Position numbers and translations under genes: made by a program
Origin: Macrostomum lignano
Taxonomy: Eukaryota
Length of the DNA stretch: 64,000 nt
Reading direction: 5' to 3'
NCBI GenBank assembly: GCA_002269645.1
Contig: NIVC01001769.1
Span: forward strand, 1 to 64,000
The notes under the pieces: model-generated
Seen by the model: the letters and a program-made list of their open reading frames with translations, nothing else
Told to the model about the DNA's origin: nothing
The model's database searches: none
Shown: positions 13,294 through 24,471 of the stretch, in pieces
Layout: each line of letters starts with the position of its first letter
Numbering within the stretch: the stretch's first letter is position 1

Positions 13294-15354
13294 TTAGTTG
13301 TTAGCAGCTGGCGTAGTTGCGACCACTGGTGCTGAGATGTTGGTATTAGCAGAGGTAGTTGGTGCTGGTGGTGGAGGTGCTGAATTGTCTGTATCAGCAG
13401 AGGTAGTTTGTGCTGGTGGTGGAGGTGCTGAGTTGTTGGTGTCAGCAGATGTAGTTGGTGCTGGTGGTGGAGGTGCTGAGTTGTTGGTGTCAGCAGAGGT
13501 AGTTTGAGCTGGTGGTGCTGGTGCTGAGTTGTTGGTATCAGCAGAGGTAGTTTGTGCTGGTGGTGCTGGTGCTGAGTTGTTGGTATCAGCAGAGGTAGTT
13601 TGTGCTGGTGGTGCTGGTGCTGAGTTGTTGGTATCAGCAGAGGTAGTTTGTGCTGGTGGTGCTGGTGCTGAGTTGTTGGTATCAGCAGAGGTAGTTTGTG
13701 CTGGTGGTGCTGGTGCTGAGTTGTTGGTATCAGCAGAGGTAGTTGATGCTGATGGTGCTGGTGCTGAGTTGTTCGAATTACAAGACCAGAGGCTTTTCCA
13801 ACATTGGCGCATGTCAGAACTGACATCGGGCCTGTCGTTGACACATAGCGGGATTAAACGGCAGCTAATGCAGAGAATCGGCAAAAGTAAAATCGACATC
13901 AGTATGGCAAAACAACACGAGCCGAATTGGATGCGTGCTTTGTCAATATACTTCTCCTCCGCATAAGGATAAATACAGCGGATACAAAGGTATCCGAATC
14001 CCTGGATTAAGATAAAAATAATTAGCAGGTAAACTGCTTTCGTTAAGTGGCATTACATTATCTAAACTTAAGCTACAAATATTGCATAAAAATGTGTCTA
14101 AAAAACCGATTTACTAAAATGTATGCCATTCTATCTATCATATTCTATGTCTAGCTTGATTCAAATATAAATAAACATGATTTGAACTCACTTACACAAA
14201 TGTAGTAAATAGAAAATAGAAGTAGTACAAAGTTTGGTAACCACCAAAAAAGGCCAATTAGTAGTATGTCTCTCTTAAGGCAGTAGGACATATATTCCTT
14301 AAATTCGCTACTGTTGCAGCACGCGCCGTGCACGTAACGGGAACTGCAACAGAACGATTTCGTGCTGTTTCTGAAGTTTACATCGGTGAAAGAAACGTTG
14401 GCCAAATAATCAATTTTATCTGGGCAGACGTGCAGAAAACGAGGGCATTTCGCACAGTGTGACTTCTTCATATTTGAAATTTGCTCCATCTCTGCTCATA
14501 TACCGCCAGAGATTCTTTGGGACTTGTGTTAATTTAGGTCTCTTTACCAGCGTTGCGGAACCTCTTTTGGATCTTGAATAAAGCAAGGGTGGTGATGCAT
14601 TGTTAAATGCAGTATTCGCCTATTTAAGAGCAAGAAAGGTATAAGTAGCTACTAAAGCCTCTGTCTGATCTTACCCTTTATAATCACGCGACTCGGCGCC
14701 TAAAATGCATGAGAAGTTTAATTTAGCAGTAGTTGCTTTGAAAAACCTCAAGTTCTGATCAAAATATCAGGTAAAGTGGCTCGTTTAGCATCAACATCAA
14801 CATCACTTAATTTAGTGAATGTTGATCATAAATAGCTCGTACTTGAAAACAAAGTATTGAGATGCGGACATTGTAAAAGGAAGCGTTTTATGGTACAGAT
14901 AGGTTGGATAAATCTGTCAAAAGTTCTATTTAAAGTCCATTTTTCTTAACAGTGTGCTTATAGTTGTGCTTGCTACTCAGCTCTCCATGACCAATAAAGT
15001 AATTCACATTAGGAGTTTCCTCAAGCTTAAAAGTCCTATTCCTTTGCTCCGTTTGAAGCTATGCAGAGATTTTGGTTTGAACAAAATAAAATTGCAATAA
15101 ATCTTCCGTTCTTCACCTTAAAAGCACAACGCCTTAAAGACCTTAATTAAAAAATCAGGAATGATAGGTTGAGTCAAAAAGATTGTGATCTGATCGGCTT
15201 TGTGCTTGAACGACAGTAGCTGATATATTCTGTGTGAACAACTACAGTTTGCATTTAAAATGTGTTTAAATATGGTGAAAAACTCACCCGTCAAAAGTCC
15301 GACAATGAGCAGTGTGATAACTGCCAGTAAATGCGTAATTTGCCAATTCTTCAT
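13294..15354 (-). pseudogene. S1: Shisa-like 2-TM gene copy with an 11-bp frameshift; exons 15354-15288, 14699-14675, 14572-14196, 14001-13294
   Basis: All introns are GT-AG. Exon 3 is 377 nt versus 388 nt in S5 (TCTTCATATAA missing near 14438), which shifts the frame inside the Cys domain. Confidence 0.8.
13342..13773 (-). repeat. 48-bp coding VNTR, 9 units (NNSAPAPPAQTTSADT)
   Basis: Counted from ORF 13294-13899 (42 + 9x16 + 15 = 201 aa). Confidence 0.95.
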
Positions 15355-16194
15355 ACTCGTAAAAGTTTTGCTTGCTGTTGTGTACCTGCGATCTTGTTGC
15401 TTGGATCTTTTTAGTCCGAATGAAGAACGGCTGAGTTACGCTTAGAAATTGGGAATTCAAGGCTGATTAGAAGTCAAAAATTTCAACAGGACAACTTTTA
15501 CCATAGAAAACAGATTTGCAAGCGAAAGCCCAGCGGGAGTTCTGCTTTTCGACTAAAAATTTGTATAACACAAGCCCTAAGCTATTCGCTTTCGTTAGTT
15601 TACCTTTTTCAAGCTTACTCTTCTCACGAATTTCCACTGCTATGCTGCTTTGCATATAAGCGTCAGGTTAATTGGTACCTTACCATTTTTCGTAATATAA
15701 CCTAAATTCGATGGCAAAATTCAGTAAAAATTTACTCATCGTAAATAACAATTATGTTTTCTAGCGAGGAACGCCGACGGGTACCTTAGATAGATTAGTT
15801 GAAGAGAAAGGTGCACGAATTCTTATGTAAATATGGAACCAAGGACTACGAAGCACACCGGACGGGAAACTACGTTTTTGGCAAATTTTAGGCGGTAGCT
15901 TTTTGAATAATAATTTACGGAGACAGCTAGGGATTTGCTGTTACAGCACAAAAGCTATTAACGCTTTTTCATAGGTGACAAATCCTATATTCATCTTTTG
16001 ATAGTTTTTGTCTTTCTTTTACCTCTATTGATATTCATAGAGCTTTTCGTTAGCAAAGAAGAATTTTCAACTGTTATAAATCTATAAAACTATAAATCTT
16101 ATGTACATTGCTTTGAATTCGTTAGTAAAAGTAACGGAAATGTTGAAAATTATATCAGGGCTTAAAATCATCAAATAGCTGACCAAGTCAGTTA

Positions 16195-17365
16195 AACAGC
16201 TGATCAATTGAGCCAAACACAGCTGATCAATTAAGCCAAACACAGCTGATCAATTAAGCCAAACACGGCTGATCGATTGAGCCAAACACAGCTGATCAAT
16301 TAAGCCAAACACAGCTGATCGATTGAGCCAAACACAGCTGATCAATTAAGCCAAACACAGCTGATCAATTAAGCCAAACACAGCTGATCAATTGAGCCAA
16401 ACACAGCTGATCAATTGAGCCAAACACAGCTGATCAATTGAGCCAAACACAGGTGATCAATTGAGCCAAACACAGCTGATCAATTAAGCCAAACACAGGT
16501 GATCAATTGAGACAAACACAGCTGATCAATTGAGCCAAACACAGCTGATCAATTAAGCCAAACACAGCTGATCAATTGAGCCAAACACAGCTGATCAATT
16601 GAGCCAAACACAGCTGATCAATTGAGCCAAACACAGCTGATCAATTGAGCCAAACACAGCTGATCAATTAAGCCAAACACAGCTGATCAATTGAGACAAA
16701 CACAGGTGATCAATTGAGCCAAACACAGGTGATCAATTGAGCCAAACACAGCTGATCAATTGAGCCAAACACAGCTGATCAATTAAGCCAAACACAGCTG
16801 ATCAATTGAGCCAAACAAAGCTGATCAATTGAGCCAAACACAGCTGATCAATTGAGCCAAACACAGCTGATCAATTAAGCCAAACACAGCTGATCAATTG
16901 AGCCAAACACAGCTTATCAATTGAGCCAAACACAGCTGATCAATTAAGCCAAACACAGGTGATCAATTGAGACAAACACGGCTGATCAATTGAGCCAAAC
17001 ACAGGTTATCAATTGAGCCAAACACAGCTGATCAATTGAGCCAAACACAGCTGATCAATTAAGCCAAACACAGCTGATCAATTGAGCCAAACACAGCTGA
17101 TCAATTGAGCCAAACACAGCTGATCAATTGAGCCAAACACAGCTGATCAATTGAGCCAAACACAGCTGATCAATTAAGCCAAACACAGCTGATCAATTGA
17201 GCCAAACACAGCTGATCAATTGAGCCAAACACAGCTGATCAATTGAGAAAAAAACACAGCTGATCAATTGAGCCAAACACAGCTGATCAATTAAGCCAAA
17301 CACAGCTGATCAATTGAGCCAAACACAGCTGATCAATTGAGCCAAACACAGCTGATCAATTGAGC
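16195..17365. repeat. 23-bp tandem array CTGATCAATTGAGCCAAACACAG
   Basis: Directly visible. Confidence 0.98.
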
Positions 17366-17560
17366 CAACTTAACTCTGCTTTGCTTCAATTCATCCAGCT
17401 GTAAAATGGGTGCCAGCATTAGCTGGGATAATTGAGGGTGTGTAGCGACCCCCCCCCCAGTCCTTGGACTGAACAGCCGATCGCAGCCTTCAGATGCGCC
17501 GCGCAATAGCTGCGGCTGAGCTGTCGGTTGCAAATTTTCCTATTAGGGCAGTTGTAATCA
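17355..17560 (+). mobile_element. Headless SINE body (CORE/Meta-like central domain), same family as 56140-56405
   Basis: CTTAACTCTGC...CCAGCTGTAAAATGGGTGCCAGCATTAGCTGG...AGTCCTTGGACTGAACAGCCG matches the reverse complement of 56140-56330. Confidence 0.7.
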
Positions 17561-17864
17561 ATTTTTTTATCGTTACCTGCGTTCCTTTTTGGCTCTCTCG
17601 CGTGGCGCGTGTACATTTTACATGTATAAAATCAAACTTCTGCTCTATCAAATTACCAGAGTGGCTTGGGATTCAGGCTAGGAGAACCAGCCATGGTTCG
17701 AGTAAAAAATTCATGAAACAATTCATCCTAGAAGTTGGTTCCTCCACTTTCCTAGTACCTACGCTGCTGTAACTACTGAATTATTTTGCATCAAAATATG
17801 ATTTTGAGCCAGAATTGTACAAACAATACGATATGAGCTAAGGTAAGAAGGGAATGATGCTGAG

Positions 17865-19466
17865 TGGGAATAATGCTAAATGGGGAATGATGCTAAAGGG
17901 GGAATGACGCTAAAGGGGGAATGATGCTAAAATGGGGAATGATGCTAAAGGGTGAATGATGCTAAAGGGGGAATGATGCTAAAAGGGGGAATGATGCTAA
18001 AGGGGGAATGATGCTAAAAGGGGGAATGATGCTAAATGGGGAATGATGCTAAAAGGGGGAATGATGCCAAAGGGGAAATCATGCTAAAGGGGGAATGATG
18101 CTAAAGGGGGAACGATGCTAAAAGGGGGAATGATGCTAAAAGGGGGAATGACGCTAAAGGGGGAATGATGCTAAAGGGGGAATGATGCTAAAAGGGGGAA
18201 TGATGCTAAATGGGGAATGATGCTAAATGGGGGAATGATGCTAAAAGGGGAATGATGCTAAAAGGGGGAATGATGCTAAAAGGGGGAATGATGCTAAAGG
18301 GGGAATGAGGCTAAAAGGGGGAACGATGCTAAAGGGGGAATGATGCTAAAAGGGGGAATGATGCCAAAGGGGAAATCATGCTAAAGGGGGAATGATGCTA
18401 AAGGGGGAATGATGCTAAAGGGGGAATGATGCTAAAGGGGGAATGATGCTAAAAGGGGGAATGATGCTAAAGGGGGAATGATGCTAAAGGGGGAATGATG
18501 CTAAAAGGGAGAATGATGCTAGATGGGGAATGATGCTAAATGGGGGAATGATGCTAAAAGGGGAATGATGCTAAAAGGGGGAATGATGCTAAAAGGGGGA
18601 ATGATGCTAAAGGGGGAATGAGGCTAAAAGGGGGAACGATGCTAAAGGGGGAATGATGCTAAAAGGGGGAATGATGCTAAAGGGGGAATGATGCTAAATC
18701 GGGAATGATGCTAAAAGGGGGAATGATGCTAAAAGGGGGAATGATGCTAAAGGGGGAATGATGCTAAAGGGGGAATGATGCTAAAAGGGGGAATGATGCT
18801 AGATGGGGAATGATGCTAAATGGGGGAATGATGCTAAAAGGGGAATGATGCTAAAAGGGGGAATAATGCTAAATGGGGAATGATGCTAAAAGGGAGAATG
18901 ATGCTAAATATGGAATGATGCTAAAAGGGGGAATGATGCTAAATGGGGAATGATGCTAAAAGGGGGAATGATGCTAAATCGGGAATGATGCTAAAAAGGG
19001 GAATGATGCTAAAAGGGGGAATGATGCTAAATGGGGAATGATGCTAAATGGGGGAATGATGCTAAAAGGGGAATGATGCTAAAGGGGGAATGATGCTAAA
19101 AGGGGGAATGATGCTAAATGGGGAATGATGCTAAAAAAGGGGGAATGATGCTAAATGGGGAATGATGCTAAAAGGTGAAATCATGCTAAATGGGGAATGA
19201 TGCTAAAAGGGGAATGATGCTAAAAGGGGAAGTCATGCTAAATGGGGAATGATGCTAAAAGGGGAATGATGCTAAAAGGGGAATGATGCTAAAAGGGGGA
19301 ATGATGCTAAAGGGGGAATGATGCTAAAAGGGGTAATGATGCTAAAGGGGGAATGATGCTAAAAGGGGGAGTAATGCTAAAGGGGGAATGATGCTAAAAG
19401 GGGAAATCATGCTAAAGGGGGAATGATGCTAAAAGGGGGAATGATGCTAAAAGGGGGAATGATGCC
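17865..19466. repeat. G-rich 16-17 bp satellite (GGGG(G)AATGATGCTAAA(A))n
   Basis: Directly visible. Confidence 0.98.
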
Positions 19467-20501
19467 TGTTGTGGGTTGATGGCTTTGCCATAGACATTTT
19501 TGTTACGCGACTGCGTTGATGAATTGAACCATGCTATTGAGTTATGAAATAAACAATAGACGCGTCAGAGGTCAGCAGACCGCTAGACTGACAATTGCTA
19601 AAGGCTAAAAGCCAAAAGCACAACAGTGGCGTCGCAAGCATAGGCTACGAAAATGCCTGGAAGTACGCCAGCATCGCCAACTAAAGGAGTTGGTAAAACG
19701 GTTTCGAGCGACAAAGCACCACCGCTTGCGATCTCGTCGAAATCAGTCCAAGCGACAAAGTCGGCAACAGCGACAGCGCAGAACCCAAGCGCACAAGTAT
19801 CGAGAGGACAGCAAGTTGACATCGAAAAACTCGATGAAAGTTCGAACTTCCAGAGGTGGTTGGACCGATTCACACTGTGCAGCGAACTCAACGGCTGGCA
19901 GGACGACACGAAAAACAAGCTGCTGCTGATGAAGCTCAGCACCAAGCTGTACGACGCATTGGCAGATCGAGCCGCTCCCAAGAAGCCGGGAGAAAAGAGC
20001 TTCGATGAACTGATCAAACTACTGGCCAGCATCCTGGAACCAAAGACGTTCGTTATGGCTGAGAGATTCAATTTCCAGCATATCACTCGCACGGCATCAA
20101 TGAGCATTCGTGAGTATGCACAGCAACTCTGCATGCAGGCAGACAAGTGTCAGTTTGGCCTATCCAGAGATGAGAGACTGAGAGATCAGCTCGTATTCGG
20201 TTTGAATGACAAGGTGGCCATCAGCAAGTTATTGGAACAGGACTTCAGCACTCTCACGTTTGAGACAGCTATCAACATCGCTGAAGCGCACCAGAACCTA
20301 TCACAAACGCAAATACTAAAGGGTTGCACCAGTCAGCCGCAGTCTTCTGAAGTAATGAAAATTTCAGCATCGGTGGCCAGAGGCTCCCACTCTACAAGCC
20401 CCAAGTGTGGCAGATGTGGCACAATGCATGGCTCCAATGGAGGGTGTCCTGCGAAAGGAAAAACGTGCAACAAATGTGGCATGCAAAACCACTTCGCAAC
20501 A
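19467..20501 (+). mobile_element. Internally deleted Ty3/gypsy element: 159-bp LTR (19467-19625), PBS and gag, flanked by a 5-bp TSD (ATGCC)
   Basis: TGTTGT...CAACA with an internal AATAAA, then G-TGGCGTCGCAAGCA (PBS-like), then the gag ORF. The right end is ...GCAACA|ATGCC. Confidence 0.85.
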
Positions 20502-20525
20502 ATGCCAAAGGGGAAATCATGCTAA
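19653..20525 (+). CDS. Ty3/gypsy gag (Mag-like), truncated in the second Zn knuckle
   Basis: FQRWLDRF, AERFNF, RDERLRDQLVFGL, CGRCGTMHGSNGGCPAKGKTCNKCGMQNHF. The last codons derive from the satellite. Confidence 0.85.
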   Translation: MPGSTPASPTKGVGKTVSSDKAPPLAISSKSVQATKSATATAQNPSAQVSRGQQVDIEKLDESSNFQRWLDRFTLCSELNGWQDDTKNKLLLMKLSTKLYDALADRAAPKKPGEKSFDELIKLLASILEPKTFVMAERFNFQHITRTASMSIREYAQQLCMQADKCQFGLSRDERLRDQLVFGLNDKVAISKLLEQDFSTLTFETAINIAEAHQNLSQTQILKGCTSQPQSSEVMKISASVARGSHSTSPKCGRCGTMHGSNGGCPAKGKTCNKCGMQNHFATMPKGKSC

Positions 20526-20885
20526 AGGGGGAATGATTCTGAGTAGCACGTAGCTACTAGACTAAAAAACATTCCATCTCGAAAATGTACAATCTTTTGA
20601 GTGCAGTGTTTTTATGACTGTAGTCGTGAATATTTCTTATTTAATTTTTGTCGAGACATTTTATCGAGTAAAAGAGCAGTTTTTCAGTATTTAAAATTCG
20701 AATTTCAATATTTTTGAAAAAATAATTATCAATAAGACTAAATATTTCGAAGCATTCTTTGATATTTGAACTTAAATTTCTCAACATAAATGCTCAGCTT
20801 TACTTTGGGGCATAATAATGAAAATTCAGAATTTTATAGTTTGTCGGTACAGATGTTGCTCATTGATTTAGTTTTTGGCATCTCA

Positions 20886-21155
20886 TTATTGCTTTTGTGG
20901 CGCTTGCTGGATCGAGTCATTGCTTCCAGAATACTTGTATGGAGGAGGCGGCGGTGGCGGAGGGTATTGCTCTGGCCACTGCTGGTGCATCGGGGGGTAT
21001 TCTGGGCGAATCTGCGGCTGTGTGAAGCCTCCATATGGATGTGCCTGCTGGTGCGACAGGGAGTCCTGCTGCAGCTGCAACCCTTGATAACTCTGCTGCT
21101 GCTGCTGCTGCTGCTGCAGGCTTCCATGTTGCTGTTGTTCCTGCTTTTGAAAACC
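20886..21155 (-). pseudogene. S2: orphan last exon (Gln/Pro-rich PPxY tail), duplicate of S6 exon 4
   Basis: Intact acceptor TGTACTCAG|GGT and 90 codons ending ...YPPPPPPPPYKY...QKQ*. The upstream exons were not duplicated, because the block ends in (TAAC)n. Confidence 0.8.
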
Positions 21156-21239
21156 CTGAGTACAGGGGATGCAATCATTGAAATTTATTGCTAGCAGCAA
21201 TAAATACAGTCCTATGAAATTTATAATTTAATAACTACC

Positions 21240-21883
<644 letters not shown>

Positions 21884-22520
21884 GCAGCTCGAGTATCGCA
21901 GTACAGCTACATGATAGCGTCGATTAGCTGCTGCGGGACCCAGTAGGCTCGAAGGACGAAGGAGAGCGCGGCTCTCCTTCGAAGACAAAAAAAGTCAATG
22001 AAGACAATGATCAGCGTAGACTGGCGGATGCGCGCCTCCTCGATGACACGGCGGAGTGCGAGGATCTGTGTCACTGTACCGCGTTGCGGCCGGAATCCTT
22101 TCTGTTCGTGAGGCAGGTACGGGTCCAGCACCGACTGCAGACGATCGAGCAGCAGTCAGTTGAAGAGCTTCGTGGTGCAGGACGTCAGCGAGATCCCGCT
22201 GTGGTCTTCTTTCCGCGTTGTCCCTGCCTTCTTCGGGATCGGCACGATGTGCGCGACGGTCCACTCGATGGGCGCAGGAGCCTGTGACCTGGAAGGCCAC
22301 ACAGCGGAGCCACAGCCCCTCGACTAGGACTTCATCGGGGCCTAGCGCCTCGCCGCCTGATGTTCTCCGAGCGAACAGCACAACGTCCTCCGTGGTGACT
22401 GGGCTGGTGCAGAAGTCCTCCAGACTCCTTCTCAGCTGGGAGCGGCGTGTCTAGTGGGAGCGCAAAACTGATAGGCAGCGGCGACGCAGGCGCATTCACG
22501 ATGCCAGTGAAGAAGTCGCG
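21884..22520 (-). mobile_element. RTE-like non-LTR retrotransposon RT fragment (degenerate)
   Basis: LDPYLPHEQKGFRPQRGTVTQILALRRVIEE...IIVFIDF. Homologous to 49440-49890. Confidence 0.85.
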
Positions 22521-23649
22521 GTCCTATGATATAGTCAGCTCAAGCGTAGTTCGATCTGATTGACTTCAGTGATTAAAAATGCAGTTGTGTAGTAAACCGT
22601 AGCTGTTGTAGATCACTGTAGGCCTGACATTGTCAGTAGTGTTGGTCAGCGTCGTTGTGGTGGTGATATCAGTTGTTTCACTGTGTTCAGAGACTGGCTC
22701 ATCACTGTCAATGAATCGACCATCACAACACGTTGCTCTTGATTAGGCGGCTCAACAGTGGTGTTAGCGGGCTCTTGGTCTGTAGGAGTCACGTCACTTC
22801 CACGATGCAGTGCACGTTACATTTTTACGTTTTACACAAAGCAGGTGTTCAGCAGTTCCTGGACATTTTTCCAGATATTCCATCTGTAGGCCTGTAGAGC
22901 TGTAGAAATTCTGGACTCAGGGAATGCGTCCGGCTCACTCAATAAATCCTTGGTTTGATCCAATTACCAAGAGCACAAGACGAATAGTCTAAGAGCCAAT
23001 AGCGAACTCGCAAAGAGCAGCTAGGCGTAGTCAGCCAATAAATAGGGGAGAAATATCTCAGTAACCTGTTCAAACCGAACAGCCAATTAAAGGTCGTGAG
23101 TGACAAAGGCAAATCCATAACAGGAAATTGAAGTTCACCGGGCAACCTCAATCCATTGGAGGCGCCGCTCTAGGACTTAATCACCCCCCCCCTTTAGCTA
23201 AACAGTGTCTTGCCGCTCGGGCACTGCGCGCTACCAGTAGCAAATCCGTGCTATCGTGAAAGCCCATGATCTCAACTCAGTTTAATTACCCCTAGAACAA
23301 CTTGGTAACAGCAGTGGGATTGTGAATTGTGAATAGACAGAGGAACTCCCCTATTAAACTATGGTAATTCGTAATATGTATTATAATGTAACTCCTATAT
23401 ATAGCGAATATATAGCAACTAATATATAGCTCGTGATCAAGACCATTAAAGCACGCAGCAGCTATATATTAATCCTACATTGTCATTCATGATGATCAAG
23501 AAAAGGCAAACTAAATTTTAACCAAATAAACAAACCCTCGCATTTCGATTCTGATAAGCCAATTGTATAGAAAGATTTCCATAGACGACTGAGTTCAATG
23601 AGAAAAATAAGAACTATAACAAAAAATCTAACTAGCTAACCTTAGTCAG

Positions 23650-24408
23650 TGTCACGTTTTTTTAGTCGTTGTAGTCCCAAATTAATGGTGAAGTCAAACT
23701 CTTGCGGAGTTGTGTAGCGGAAGCACTTGGCGTATGATGGCAGAGGACTTCCGTAAACCGTTTACTGTCGTTATCAATATGATTAATGTCAATACAAGAG
23801 TTATAGCGTTCTGGGGCACTGGCGGCTGCAACAACGGGTCGATGTAATTGAAGTTATGAAGTCAAGCAGATGATGAAGGATGATGGTGAAGCAAAGTAGC
23901 AAGTGATGGCACTGAGTACGGTGGTGGCAGTGAGTAGCAAGTAGACAAGTAGTGGCGTGATTGGGCGCTAGCCCGTGGCAGTACAAGGTGGAGCACGAAT
24001 GCGTAAACAAGTCTGGCCCAGACAGGGTGGGCCGTGGCGAGAGATAAGGAGGCACGAAGAAGGAAAGAAGGAACGCACGAACGGGAGGGGAAAGAGAGAG
24101 AGATAACCCCCAGCCCGCCGCCAGGCGGGGTTAATAAAGGAGCGCAGGAGGGTTAGCATAATATATGCGGAGAGTTTTCATTGGCTGGCGGGGGAAAAGC
24201 GAGAACTGAAATTATTGATCGCACGAGACCCTTCAGACGTACGCAAAGCTTACAAAGTACGCAATGATTAGCAATTGATACAGATTCGTTGGGCGCTACT
24301 ACAAGTAAACGTGAGAATACACGATTGAAGAATATTAAATGAGAATTTGTAGTGAAATTGTAGTCCAACGGCCTTTTTGCGGGACCACCTTAAACTGACA
24401 AAGTCACA
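23650..24408. mobile_element. Solo-LTR-like insertion, 759 bp, TGTCAC...GTCACA with a 5-bp TSD (GTCAG)
   Basis: GTCAG at 23645-23649 and at 24409-24413. The paralogous site upstream of S4 (~27650) has a single GTCAG (empty site). An internal AATAAA is present. Confidence 0.75.
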
Positions 24409-24471
24409 GTCAGCTAAAGTTAAACGGCTGCTGTAGTCCAAAAACCGTTGCAAAGCACTCCCAAAAGTCTC

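Noticed and set aside
13242-13966. Alternative-frame ORFs (TTQHQHHQHKLPLLIP; + strand ELLVSAEVVCAGG)
   Set aside because: Shadows of the 48-bp VNTR. Only the NNSAPAP frame joins exon 3 in phase.
16195-17365. Regular 23-bp repeats as a CRISPR array
   Set aside because: Head-to-tail units with no unique spacers, no cas genes, and a eukaryotic context.
20790-21194. + strand Leu-rich and Gly/Cys-rich ORFs (also 43838-44271)
   Set aside because: Antisense shadows of the CAG/CCG-rich tail exon.
22530-23300. Possible LTR/PPT (G9-TG on the minus strand near 23182) and a Thr-rich coding remnant
   Set aside because: No second LTR, TSD or recognisable domain could be established.
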